A stretch of DNA of 64,000 nucleotides from Hormiphora californensis (GCA_020137815.1 CM035355.1:4588001-4652000); one strand, 5' to 3'; positions 39,291 through 50,386 are shown, counted from the first letter of the stretch. The notes: a model not told the origin generated them from the letters alone. Numbers and translations are program-made.

Positions 39291-40844
39291 GTTTGTTTGT
39301 TTGTTTGTACTTGCTGCGTCTGGCGAGTGACCTGCCCGAAAGTAGCGGCGGCCGCACCGAGCACGCTTATTAGGCGCCCCAGCACGTCCACCACTCCGCC
39401 GTAGCAAGGCCACCCACCAATCAGTTTATGCAGAGCATGTTACTTCAGACGCTCCAGGAAGACCGTGGTCAACCACTGGCGACGCCGAGCGGCGTGAGCC
39501 GCACGACGTCGACAGGGGTATCACACTACTCCTGGCCTAAATCAATTCCTAAGGTTTATATTAAGCTGGAGCAGGTAACTTTTTGCCTTTGAGAGTGTCT
39601 TGAGTTTAGTTTAGTCTGGAACAGGGTAACGTTTTGCCGTTGAGAGTGTCTTGAGTTTAGTTTAGTCTGGAACAAGGTAACGATTTGCCTTTGAGTGTCT
39701 TGAGTTTGTTTTGTCTGGAACAAGGTAACGTTTTGCCTTTGTGGTAGTCTTGAGATGTTTTGGAACAAGGTAGCAAGTCTTGGACTTGGTCTGGATCAAG
39801 GTAACGTTTTTCATTGGGAGTACGGTCTGTCAACAGCGCTAGCTAAAGATACTAACTAAGAATAAGAATAGAATCTCTCAATGGCTACGATCATAATTTG
39901 GATACAACTGTACATAACAACGGACTGACAAACTTACGACCTTGATGGATGTGATGGGTACCGTGACGTATTGGTGATGAGATGTGAAGTGTGTCCATTT
40001 TCAGTAGAGATTAAGATTAAAGACAATCAAACACAAATAAGGCATAGGACAGTACAAATGTAGAGTGTGAAATGTTCTAGAAGACAAGTCGGATAACATA
40101 GATAAGATCATTGATAATTGTTACACGCGATAAGCGACTTAGTGCACCAAAACACAAGGATTGTCGCTGTAGTGGGCTGTTTAGTAAACGCCTCTATTTA
40201 GGGAGGGTGGCTGGGGGGTGGGCGGGTGGGTTTTTCCGGGTACCTTTTCAGTGAAAATGGGCCATTTCTAAGCTTATCAGGGACACATTGGGCATTATCT
40301 AAGCTGTGTAGAGACCACTGGGGAGTAGGAGGAGGGCTGTGAGTGATTGTTGAATGTTAAAGGAAGAAACAGGTGACAAAATGTGGTGTTTGTACTGAGA
40401 GAACGAGAGCAACAGGAAACGAGAAACGATCAGAGTGCAATGAGACTTCCGGGAAGTATGTCACGAAGTGGTAACCATGTGTACGGGCCTCCGCAAGCAA
40501 CTTTAAAAGTGGACTTTTAAATAAAATGGAAATAAAATGCATCGCAAACTTCAAAAAATGACTTTTTTCGAAATTTTCGGGAAACTTTTTCAGTGAAAAT
40601 GGGCCATTTCTAAGCTTATCAGGGACACATTGGGCATTATCTAAGCTGTGTAGAGACCACTGGGGAGTAGGAGGAGGGCTGTGAGTGATTGTTGAATGTT
40701 AAAGGAAGAAACAGGTGACAAAATGTGGTGTTTGTACTGAGAGAACGAGAGCAACAGGAAACGAGAAACGATCAGAGTGCAATGAGACTTCCGGGAAGTA
40801 TGTCACGAAGTGGTAACCATGTGTACGGGCCTCCGCAAGCAACT
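39291..40844 (-). mobile_element. 1.55-kb composite insertion ending in a (CAAA)n tail, possible non-LTR (RTE-like) product
   Basis: GC-rich 39307-39540 ends in (ACAA)n on the minus strand; ~50-bp tandem repeats 39570-39810; ~280-bp internal direct repeat 40225-40504/40567-40846-like; flanked by the 296-bp duplication. Confidence 0.5.
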
Positions 40845-41014
40845 TTCATACAGAGGACTTTGCAAAAACGGTTTAAAAATCAAATTTGATACAAAACCAT
40901 ACCATAAACCCCCCATAAACAATCCTACAAAAATACCGGTTAAAAAATAATATTCTTAGCACATTCAAAACAAAATCAAAGTCAAATCAAAAGTATATTA
41001 AATCATACGGCCTT

Positions 41015-42298
41015 TTACTTAGGGATTTTAATATGGACAGTATTGTTGTCAGAAGTTTTGACCGAAACAGTAATACAACCTGAATTTTGCTTTCCGCTGT
41101 TTGGGGGGTTTCCTGATTTTTTAGACGGGTTTCCTGCCTTCTTAGGAGGATTTCCAGGTTTATTGTTTGCAGAATTTCCAGGTTTATTGTTTGAAGAATT
41201 TCCCGGATTTTTAGGCGGATTTCCAGGTTTTTTGTTAGCAGAATTTCCTGGATTATTGTTTGCAGAGTTTCCCGGATTTTTAGGCGTATTTCCAGATTTA
41301 TTTCTTGCAGAATTTCCAGGTTTATTGTTTGAAGAATTTCCCGGATTTTTAGGCGGATTTCCAGGTTTTTTGTTAGCAGAATTTCCTGGATTATTGTTTG
41401 CAGAGTTTCCCGGATTTTTAGGCGTATTTCCAGATTTATTTCTTGCAGAATTTCCAGGTTTATTGTTTGAAGAATATCCCGGATTTTTAGGCGGATTTCC
41501 AGATTTATTGTTTGCAGAATTTCCTGGATTATTGTTTGCAGAATTTCCCAGATTTTTGGGTGGATTTCCAGATTTATTGTTTGCAGAATTTCCAGATTTA
41601 TTGTTTGAACAATTTCCCGGATTTTTAGGCGGATTTCCAGATTGAGTGTTTGCAGAATTTCCCGGATTTTTAGGCGGCTTTCCAGGTTTTTTATTAGCAG
41701 AATTTCCTGGGTTATTGTTTGCAGAATTTCCTGGATTTTTAGGCGGATTTCCAGATTTGTTGTTTGCAGAATTTCCAGATTTTATGTTTGCAGGTTTTCC
41801 AGGGTTATTGGAGTTTTTATCAAGTTTCTTGTCTTGATTCACATGTTTCCCCTGATTATGTTTCTTTGCGGGGGTTGCGGGGCGTTGTTCACTTTGCTGG
41901 GGAGCATTAGGCGGAAACGGTTTAAACTCTCTCACCTGAACCGCAACATCATTCACCAGATATTTAGCCCCTTGACTAGCCATCGCTAAGACTTTCCTTG
42001 CTCCAGCTTCGTTCGCAAAGACAACAGAAGCAATCCTCTGACTAGCAAAAACTTCGACCCACAAGATTGCTCCGCAGTGAGAAAACGCAGCACGAACCCT
42101 GGCCTCAGTAGCAAACCCCGGTAAACCACTTACAAATATTTTTTGTTCTTGTTTTGGAGGTGGGGGTCTATTGCTTGAAGATGATCTGGGTGGACCTGGC
42201 CTCCCAGAACTTGAAAACAAAGTATTATTTTGTAGCATCACGTTCCCAGAGTTTCCTTTATGGATGATGGTGGTTTTGTTGCAGTAAGAAAATGCCAT
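41015..42298 (-). CDS. RRM protein with N/K/P/G-rich tandem repeats, intron-free CDS (427 aa)
   Basis: RRM KIFVSGLPGFATEARVRAAFSHCG..IASVVF..VNDVAVQVREFK homologous to the RRM of 28278-29651; long NNKPGN/PKNPGN repeat tract including a 138-bp internal duplication; TTTAG acceptor 2 nt before ATG. Confidence 0.85.
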   Translation of the reverse strand: MAFSYCNKTTIIHKGNSGNVMLQNNTLFSSSGRPGPPRSSSSNRPPPPKQEQKIFVSGLPGFATEARVRAAFSHCGAILWVEVFASQRIASVVFANEAGARKVLAMASQGAKYLVNDVAVQVREFKPFPPNAPQQSEQRPATPAKKHNQGKHVNQDKKLDKNSNNPGKPANIKSGNSANNKSGNPPKNPGNSANNNPGNSANKKPGKPPKNPGNSANTQSGNPPKNPGNCSNNKSGNSANNKSGNPPKNLGNSANNNPGNSANNKSGNPPKNPGYSSNNKPGNSARNKSGNTPKNPGNSANNNPGNSANKKPGNPPKNPGNSSNNKPGNSARNKSGNTPKNPGNSANNNPGNSANKKPGNPPKNPGNSSNNKPGNSANNKPGNPPKKAGNPSKKSGNPPNSGKQNSGCITVSVKTSDNNTVHIKIPK

Positions 42299-42777
42299 CC
42301 CTAAAGTGATAGGAAATACGATTTCGGATGATATTGCTAGGATTTCCAGTAGGTTCTGAGTTCTGGGTGCTGTTAAGATTTAGAGGTGGGGCGTGGGCGC
42401 TGCCAAAAAAGTACCCTGCATTGAAATGGATCTAACCTCTAACCAGAAAAACACTCAAAAATGCTCTCTGTTATGGGCAGAAATCTTGAATAAGTATTTC
42501 TGCATCGTAGGAAGCATCACGCAGCTGCGAAAGCCAGCGAAGGAGAGAGACAAGCTCAAAACGGGAGCAAAAAAGTTCTGAAAAGGGGCTTCTTTTTTCA
42601 AACGACGCGATCTCATATCAGCATGTGGTTTTCAAGCGCGCGCACCGCTTTAGAGGAACAACTGCGCGGCAACATATTTGCGCGTGACAAATCGAACAGA
42701 AAATTCACAGCCGGGTTTTAACTTTTTTAATCAATTCTATGAAGTATTGAACAATAAAACAAATTTATAAACACACT

Positions 42778-45161
42778 TCAAATCTTTGAAGCCTTGAGAG
42801 AAGCAGAAAAATACTCCAAATCGCTTCTACTTTTCAGTCCCTTGGAGAACACTTTCGATTTAGTTTCAACCTCTTGATTAGTGAAGATTCCTTTCGTCAG
42901 CATGGACATTGTGGTAATCAGTAGGACATCAAGTAGCTCCTAGGAAACAGAACTGTTACAAAACAGTCAATTTAGATCTTCATTGCTGTGTGATATGATT
43001 TGATTGGCGTTTGTAATTGATTGGACCTCTCTCAACAAAAGATGCGCGGATAGTGCTGTGTCGCGCGAAAATCGGGGTACTTTAATCACAACTGAAACTG
43101 TGCGCGTACCTGATTAGTCTTGGTTTTGAAATCTTTGGAATGTTCTTTTGCGAGGGGGAGAGAGGAAACCAGACTGGATATGGATTTAATCACTGCGGGA
43201 TTGGGTTCCAACCGACCTGACGTGGGGGTTTGGGAAGTTAGAATCATAATCATAGTTTTACTTCAGGAAATCTTCGGGCTAAACATAAAATGTAGGTAGT
43301 ATTGGAAAAAAACAAAGCTAAGGGTGAAAATGATAGAAACCCCTTTGACTTCTTACCTTCAATGACTTCCACAAGATAATCACAGATAACTTTCACCCGA
43401 CCATTTAGCATACTAACAGCACCCTCGTGGGAGCTAAGACAATCTGAAACAGCACTGTAACCAGTTACACAGGCCCCCGCTGCATGGTCGATTCCAATCC
43501 TCTCACTCTCTGAGGTCTTCATGACGTGTGGGACTTCCACAAACGCTTTCCGGCTCTGGGGGAGGAGTGGGTTTGGAAGATGGGGAATGGAGCGAACAGT
43601 TAGTGGCGAGTCATATAGACGTAAAATAAAAATATACTATGGTAGGGGGCTGACAAAATACTAACTACCAACTGATGGGTGGACGGATCAACAACAATTA
43701 CCTGGCTATGAGAGCCATCAACAGTCCCCTCGAAGGTCCTCAGGGCCAGCTCCTCTGGTTGAGTGTGATTGAACATGAGCAGAACTGGTATCTCACTCAT
43801 CTGTTCATGCATTACCATGTGCCGTGCAGCGGGCATGTCTCCAAAGGCATACCATCCTACTACGTCACCGGCTTGGGAGCCACAATTACTTTGGGCTAGC
43901 TGGGTCACTGGAAAATGGGAATAGGGTTACTAAAATCTAAAGATCCACATTGTTTCCCTTTTTGTAACGAGGTTGAACACTGTATATAATAAAGCAACTA
44001 AAAGATCCCTTGTACAGTGGTCTAAAAGAACTAAATAGCTCTACAACTTACAGTGGTCTAATCGGTTGACAAGATAATCCCTATTGAGCACCCAGGAACC
44101 GTCCACTACGTCACTACATACATCACACGAGCTAGTAATCTCAATATCTCTCCCTGACTGCTTCCCCAGTAACACACCCATCGCTGAGGGGAAGAGAGGG
44201 GAGGTTAATTTTACAGGGAAGAGATGCAATGGTGACTGTAAAGAAACTTTATTGTAAACCAGAGATGTGACAGAAAGTGACACACCAGTTCACACTATCA
44301 ATTATAATGGCTTTGGACTGCACAGAAATAGGGCCTGATCGGGTTGACTCTAAATAAACTGATAGTAACTAACCATGGTTTACACGGAAGGGTCTAACCG
44401 AGGATTTCTAACAAACTACCAATAACTAACCATAGTTGAAGTCTCGGTTGTTAATCTTGCATCTAGTAGCATGATCAGCAATGCTCATAATAACAAGGGG
44501 GTGAAGCTGTACAGCGCTGCTACTAGCGGTAGTACTTGTACCCGTCTGTTTACATACCACTCCCTCGTCAACCTGGCGTGGAGTTGTAGTTTTTGAATAG
44601 GGTTCAGGGGGGGGGATGATTGTAATATACCAACTTGGTGGAGGGGGATGGGTTGTATTTTGTGGAATGGGCAGAGCGTGTGATTAGTAAGGCTAGAGAT
44701 TCAAGTCAGTTGTTATTTATCACAGTTCACATTCACCTCCATGGGTTGGTCAGGTTGTGTTCACACTCACCTCCATGGGTTGGTCAGGTTGTGTTCACAC
44801 TCACCTCCATGGGTTGGTCAGGTTGTGTTCACACTCACCTCCATGGGTTGGTCAGGTTGTGTTCACACTCACCTCCATGGGTTGGTCAGGTTGTGTTCAC
44901 ACTCACCTCCATGGGTTGGTCAGGTTGTGTTCACACTCACCTCCATGGGTTGGTCAGGTTGTGTTCACACTCACCTCCATGGGTTGGTCAGGTTGTGTTC
45001 ACACTCACCTCCATGGGTTGGTCAGGTTGTGTTCACACTCACCTCCATGGGTTGGTCAGGTTGTGTTCACACTCACCTCCATGGGTTGGTCAGGTTGTGT
45101 TCACACTCACCTCCATGGGTTGGTCAGGTTGTGTAGAGGGTCCCGATGCTGAAGATGACAT
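42778..45161 (-). CDS. COPS6: COP9 signalosome subunit 6 (MPN- domain), 7 exons
   Basis: Exons 45161-45111, 44572-44431, 44183-44052, 43907-43702, 43555-43357, 43216-43110, 42939-42778. Motifs MEVD, VQLHPLVIMSIADH, GVLLGKQSGRDIEI, VVGWY, ESERIGIDHAA, AVSMLNGRVKVICDYL. Confidence 0.88.
44726..45134. repeat. 34-bp tandem repeat x12 containing the COPS6 exon 1 donor site
   Basis: CACACTCACCTCCATGGGTTGGTCAGGTTGTGTT at a 34-bp period (44735 to 45109); minus strand reads ...CCCATGGAG|GTGAGT; no spacers. Confidence 0.95.
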
Positions 45162-45577
45162 ACTCACCAGTTCCTTAGCTTGATATTGTTACATTTCCTT
45201 ATTCTGTGTGAGACAAGTTATTTAGTAATCACGGCATTATTGATTATATCGCGAAAAGTTATTTAGTTGTGCATTGCAATACTGAACAAGATGACCAAAT
45301 CACAGAATCCCAGAGTAATGGGTTTTTGGAAGTGAGAAGTAGGGAAAGTGGGTTTTTGTTCTGCTGCTTAAACAATTGAAAAAACAGACAACTTTTAGCA
45401 ATGGTTATAACAATTTTATCTCACAAACACATTGTGGAGGATACTCGTGAATGTCAAAAAACAGGAAACAGCGCTGGGACTTGTCCATCTCGTCCAAAAA
45501 CAGATGTCCGATAGTATAAAAAGTGTGTATTTTCAGTGTTCAGGCCCACTCTAAAATAATCACCCTGTACTCGAGAA

Positions 45578-45686
45578 CAGGAACCGACCGAAACAAGTAA
45601 ACAACCAATCAGAACTCCTTATTTAGGTCACGTGACTGGTTATCAGCCAATCAGGGACCAGTATTTCCTGATTCGGTCGGTTCGTG
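45578..45686. mobile_element. ~110-bp hAT-like MITE just downstream of the TMEM11 stop
   Basis: TIR CAGGAACCGACCGAA...TTCGGTCGGTTCGTG; 8-bp TSD CTCGAGAA/CTCGACAA (1 mismatch); internal CCAATCAG x2 and CACGTG. Confidence 0.75.
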
Positions 45687-45698
45687 CTCGACAAGTGT

Positions 45699-46394
45699 TC
45701 ATTGTCGGAGGATGGTTACTATTTGGTAGACGAGTAGAATCCCAGCAGCACATGCCACAGTGTTGTGCAGCTTCTTTCTCACTTCATCATCTCGTCTAAC
45801 TAGGATGACCGGTTCGGGGGAGGCCAGCTGTTCCAGAGGTATGCGGTGAAGGTAGTGGCCAGCTGAGTCAACCTTGTATGGGGGAGGGAGGGGATTTAGA
45901 ACAACTAAATGAGTTAAGTTTAATCTTTAGTTGATTCTAAATATCGATTACTAAAATTATTGTCTAACAAACCGTGTGGCATGCACGATAAAACAGTCAG
46001 TGACTGACAAAGTTATATATGTTATTGTATAGTAAGATGTGTTACCTGGTACTTGCAGGCAGGATCATGTTGCCAACTAAAGTGGTAAGCCGCTGCACAG
46101 GCCAGGCTCACTCCACCAAAGGGTAAGGACCAAGTTGAGCGTACAGTTGATACCCCTGGAAATTTGAAGTGTTATTTCAAAAAGTTGATTTTTCATAAAT
46201 TTTCTGATTTTGGTACACCCCGAATGGTTTACAAAAGAGCCAAAATCGGTTACTTCTGGGGCACACCCTGTACTAAAGCACTGAACACTGTACTAACGAA
46301 CTGTTATACTAATTACCTAGAGCAGTAAGTCCAGAAAGAACGGCAGTCTTGTGAAGGGCGTTACCAACACGGATATACCTGATACATTCCTCGC
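45699..46394 (-). CDS. TMEM11: Mitochondrial transmembrane protein 11, three 3' exons (5' exon not located)
   Basis: Exons 46394-46317, 46155-46046, 45872-45699 give GEECIRYIRVGNALHKTAVLSG..SWQHDPACKYQV..PVILVRRDDEVRKKLHNTVA, matching TMEM11 motifs VGNCLHKTAVL, SWQFDPCCKYQV, PVVLVRKDD..RKRLHN. Confidence 0.87.
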
Positions 46395-46746
46395 CTGAGA
46401 GAGGGAAGGAGGGGGTTAAGTTAGAGAGAGGGAAGGAGGGGGATGGGACTGAGGGGAGGGAGGGGACTGAGGGGAGCGAGAGAGGGGACGAGAGCGGAGA
46501 GGGAGGGGAATTGAGTAGCTACTCCTACGTAGGAGAGAGGAAGGGATGGGGTTGAGTAGAGGACAGGGGTAGGGGGATTTAGGGAGTGTTTTATAAAACA
46601 TGTAGTTGGGCGGCGTTAGGGGGAGATAGAAAGAGTTATATGGTGATTGAGAGAGCGTTTTCAGGATTCTTGTTAGGAAAGGAGAGGGCAAGATTAAAGA
46701 CAACTTTATTAGATTTTACAATGCAATATGGTACATTTAAACCGAA

Positions 46747-47613
46747 TCAGTAACATTTATCTTTCGCCACACAAAATAAAGTTTTCTTTGTTCCGTAATG
46801 GTGCATGTCACATCCAATCCAATTACTTTCTATCATTTCCTTTTTAGCCACAACCTCATCACGAAAATTCTCGCAGCTACGCAGAGCGGAGGAAGGAGTC
46901 TGGTATTCGCCAATTACAAAATACATCCAGGTCTTTCCCAACTGGGCCAACTTTCCAGTTTGGCTGCCGGCTACATTTTTCAACACCGTGTCCGAAGGGC
47001 TAGCGGCTTTGTCTTGCAGAGGCTGGCACTTTGTTTTTCCCAATGTTCCCGGGATCTCATAAAGCATATCTTTGCAGTCGTCCCACCACCCTGTACTTGA
47101 TACAACCAGGCAAGCAGTTATCACGTGGTCTCCGTTCGTTTTTGAGGTGCATGCACCACCATCCGTACTTTTCACAATACCGTCTACGTCACTTTCAAAT
47201 TGCGTACACACGTCCTCTGTCATCTTACTTTTCCGACGGCTCACCCAATATACGGTCTCCTCACCTTCTTCGCCCAAAGTTGTGTTTTTTGTTGTATCAG
47301 TGGGTTTCAGGTCAGGGATTATCTTGTCAAGTCTAGATTTGTATTGCTTAGGTCTGTTACCCTTGGTGTCCGGTATGAGAATTCGTTTGTTCATTCGTTC
47401 CACCTCAGGAACACAAATTCTGCGACAAACCACCGAAACGACACGTACACGCTTTTTCTTCCGTTTGTTTTTATCTTTCTTTCTTTTCTTTTCTTTGTCA
47501 TCTTTGTCATGTTTCTTCCTCTCCAGAATCATCTCTCCATCCTCATCCGAACCACCATCGCCCGCCTCAACATCCTGTCCTTCCTGCTCCCCTTCTCCAT
47601 CAAGCATTAACAC
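46747..47613 (-). CDS. Intron-free 288-aa ORF, charged N-part and Cys-rich C-part (possibly degenerate C-type-lectin-like); 5' end appears disrupted
   Basis: Long open frame with AATAAA ~35 nt after the stop; MYFVIGEYQT..ALRSC..NWIGC..TLFCV pattern; an upstream signal-peptide-like ORF at 47957-47799 is out of frame. Confidence 0.5.
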   Translation of the reverse strand: MLMLDGEGEQEGQDVEAGDGGSDEDGEMILERKKHDKDDKEKKRKKDKNKRKKKRVRVVSVVCRRICVPEVERMNKRILIPDTKGNRPKQYKSRLDKIIPDLKPTDTTKNTTLGEEGEETVYWVSRRKSKMTEDVCTQFESDVDGIVKSTDGGACTSKTNGDHVITACLVVSSTGWWDDCKDMLYEIPGTLGKTKCQPLQDKAASPSDTVLKNVAGSQTGKLAQLGKTWMYFVIGEYQTPSSALRSCENFRDEVVAKKEMIESNWIGCDMHHYGTKKTLFCVAKDKCY

Positions 47614-48210
47614 CGTCCTTGTTCTTCATGGCCCTCTCCTGCGATGTATATACTCCGCAGATGCGCATGTCAGGCTTGCATTCATCATCAACTCATTGTC
47701 ACACAACCACCCCTACATCAGGATTCGCTTTCAACGCACAATACTTTTCCTCGCCACACCATCTTTCTTGTGCGACATGGGCTGCGGTTTGTTGTAGTTC
47801 AGGATCTTCTGCCTCCCTGCAGAGTGCCACCGATAACAAGGGAGGAGGGGAGGGTGGTTGTAGGTTCATTCGAGAACCAAACCGTCGAGTTGTCGCTCTG
47901 AAGGCCGAGGCCCGGCTCAGCGAGGAGCAGGAACAACAACAAGAGAACGGTTGACATTATAGTGCCGTTTGTTGGGCAGTGCTTCGCCCTTTTAAAGGGG
48001 AGATATTGCTAGGTCCAGGTGCTCGATGATCGATTAAAATGACAGAGATGAACAGATCAGAGAGAGAGATAACAGCTGTCAGGAATCCTGGGTCATGACG
48101 AATGGTCGGATCAATGCGAGCAAGATATTCTGACACGAGAGCCGGGAAATACTAAGTACTAAAGATTGAAGAGATCCAGCCACGGAGATAAAGGGAGGGG
48201 CAAAGATAGT

Positions 48211-48274
<64 letters not shown>

Positions 48275-49641
48275 GAAAGAGAGAAAGAGAGAGTGAGATA
48301 GAGATGCATCATCTCTCTTTTTCTAGATGACCATTGACCAGCACCTGGTCACCTCAATACGCTTTATTGCGTATAAAGAAAAATGATCTATCAGCACCTT
48401 ATTTATTGAGCTCTGTACGTTGCTTTCTTACTTGAAATAAGTTACAGTAATGTGCGACAACTCGTTGGCTAGATTTTTAGAACCGAGGTGCAATATTGGG
48501 TTTTGTAAAATAGAGGGTGCTAACTTTTACAAGGAGAAATTATCTGAAGTGTTAATTATAATCGGAGAGAGTGCAATATTATATTTCATGAATTGCACTA
48601 CGTCTGAAACAACATCTAGCCTGGGCATAAAGCACTAAAGTCGGATTTTTTGAAACTGTCACCCCAAAATGACCGCGCATGTGAAATTTATCAATTGACG
48701 GCGCACACAATTACCTGTGATGTGAGCGCAAAACGATTCGGCCGAAAGGGTGACAGTTTCAAAATCCCCTTGTCATCCTCTAACCTTGTGGGAGGAGTTG
48801 TGCCAAATTCAAAACTACACCTAATAAGATGAATTTCTTTACCAGATGATAGCCTCAAAACATTGCTAGTTAGAACTGTGAGTTTCACTTTTCGGGAAGG
48901 GTTCCATCGTGAAACAATCGTCTGTCCTCAGTACTGGTTCAGTTAAAGTAGATAGTAGAAACAGAAGTTTCATAATCGTGGAGAACTAAACGTATGGCTC
49001 GAGCTTATGTTCAGTTTGTTTATCAATCAAACTGAACACGAAAGGAAAAAAAAAGGAGAAAGGGGAGAAAAAAAGTAGAGGGAAGAGGAAAGAAAAAAAG
49101 AAAAAAAAAAAAAAGAAAGAGAGAAGATGAAATGAGGGATGGGAAGGAGTGTAGGGTTTAAGGGTAGAAAGTGATTAAAAATGGTATTAAGAATAAGAGT
49201 AGGAAGAAATGAGAAGTGGAAACCCAAAAAAAAACAAGAATGAGCGTAATTGAAATTTGAAGTACACATTAGTAGCAACGAAAAAGTGGGTCGTTGAGTG
49301 GTTGACAGGGGACACAGAAGCAACGGTGCAGTTGTAGCATGCACACTGGAATTTACTGTGTATGGGGGTTGGATAGAAATTGGAGAAGGGATATATATAA
49401 GATTGGATTTTTAATTTGGAAGTAGGATTGTGAGTAAAACTTTTGTTTTGTAGTTAATCATGATATGGGAGCGTCGACCAACCCCGTATGTGTCGCCTAC
49501 GGCGCGACGAATGGGGGAGAGACGTGCCAAATCTGTCTGAGTCCCATAGCATTGGCCGTGGCCACACTCACAGTCGAGTCACACTCACACTGAGTCACAG
49601 GTGTACTCTGTTTGAATGCTTCTCCAGTTCTTCATGCTCTC

Positions 49642-50386
49642 TTTTCGGAGCGTGTTCGTTACACGGGGGATTACGGGGGCTCGAATAGATCGCCCGTATA
49701 GATCGCCCGTACCAGTCGCCCGTACATTTGCTTTGCGCATTACGTTTCATCGCACTTTCTCCACAAATAAGGTACATGCGCGTTACGTGCATGTGTTTTG
49801 TTGTGATGAAAGTGTGGTGAAACGTATAGTCCATTTTTATTCAACTGTTCACCCTCCAACTCGTGCGCGTGCGATATTTTAATTTACGCTGCGCGCGCTA
49901 CACGTTAACATGTGATAGACGCGCAAAAAAATTCCGCGCACGACTTTGGGGGGTGAACAGTTGAAAAAAAATGGAGTATAAAGTCGGATTTTTTGAAGTT
50001 GTCACCCCCCTTTTCGTGCGCGGAATGTTTTTGCGCGTCACATCACATGTTAACGTGTGGTGTGCGCGTGAAATTTGATAAATTTCACATGCGCAGTCAT
50101 TTGGGGGTGACAACTTCAAAAAATCCGACTTTAATGCGCAAAGCAAATGTACGGGCGACTGGTACGGGCGACTGGTACGGGCGTCTCATCCGGGCCCCCG
50201 TAATCCGCTGCCTCTCGGCATTGCGCGTCGCGGGTGCAGGAGCTAGCCCGGGTGAGCGAGCTAACAATAGTGAACTTCCATGCGATATAGTACATCGCGC
50301 GCATGTAATTGCACTATTGTTAGCTTGTTCGCCCGGGTTTGGTACAGTCTGCGACGCGCAGTGTTGAGACGAACACGTTCCGAAAA
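49642..50386. mobile_element. Nested inverted-repeat composite containing a MITE (49979-50133)
   Basis: Outer TTTTCGGAGCGTGTTCGT / ACGAACACGTTCCGAAAA; inner TTACGGGGGC..CGCCCGTACATTTGCTTTGCGCATTA / TAATGCGCAAAGCAAATGTACGGGCG..GCCCCCGTAA. Confidence 0.65.

Noticed and set aside
39307-39540. Structured ncRNA or ribozyme in the GC-rich segment
   Set aside because: I could not build a convincing HDV or hammerhead fold by eye; better explained as a retroelement 3' end.
41043-41989. Plus-strand FPGLLFAEF-repeat membrane protein
   Set aside because: Antisense shadow of the NNKPGN repeats; the minus frame carries the RRM.
44726-45134. CRISPR array (34-bp repeat)
   Set aside because: Units abut with no spacers, no cas genes, eukaryotic intron context.
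44635-45183. Plus-strand ORFs of 131-182 aa
   Set aside because: Translations of the tandem repeat, antisense to COPS6.
47072-47797. 241-aa plus-strand ORF
   Set aside because: Antisense to the 288-aa ORF, non-ATG start, Ser/Phe composition typical of a shadow frame.
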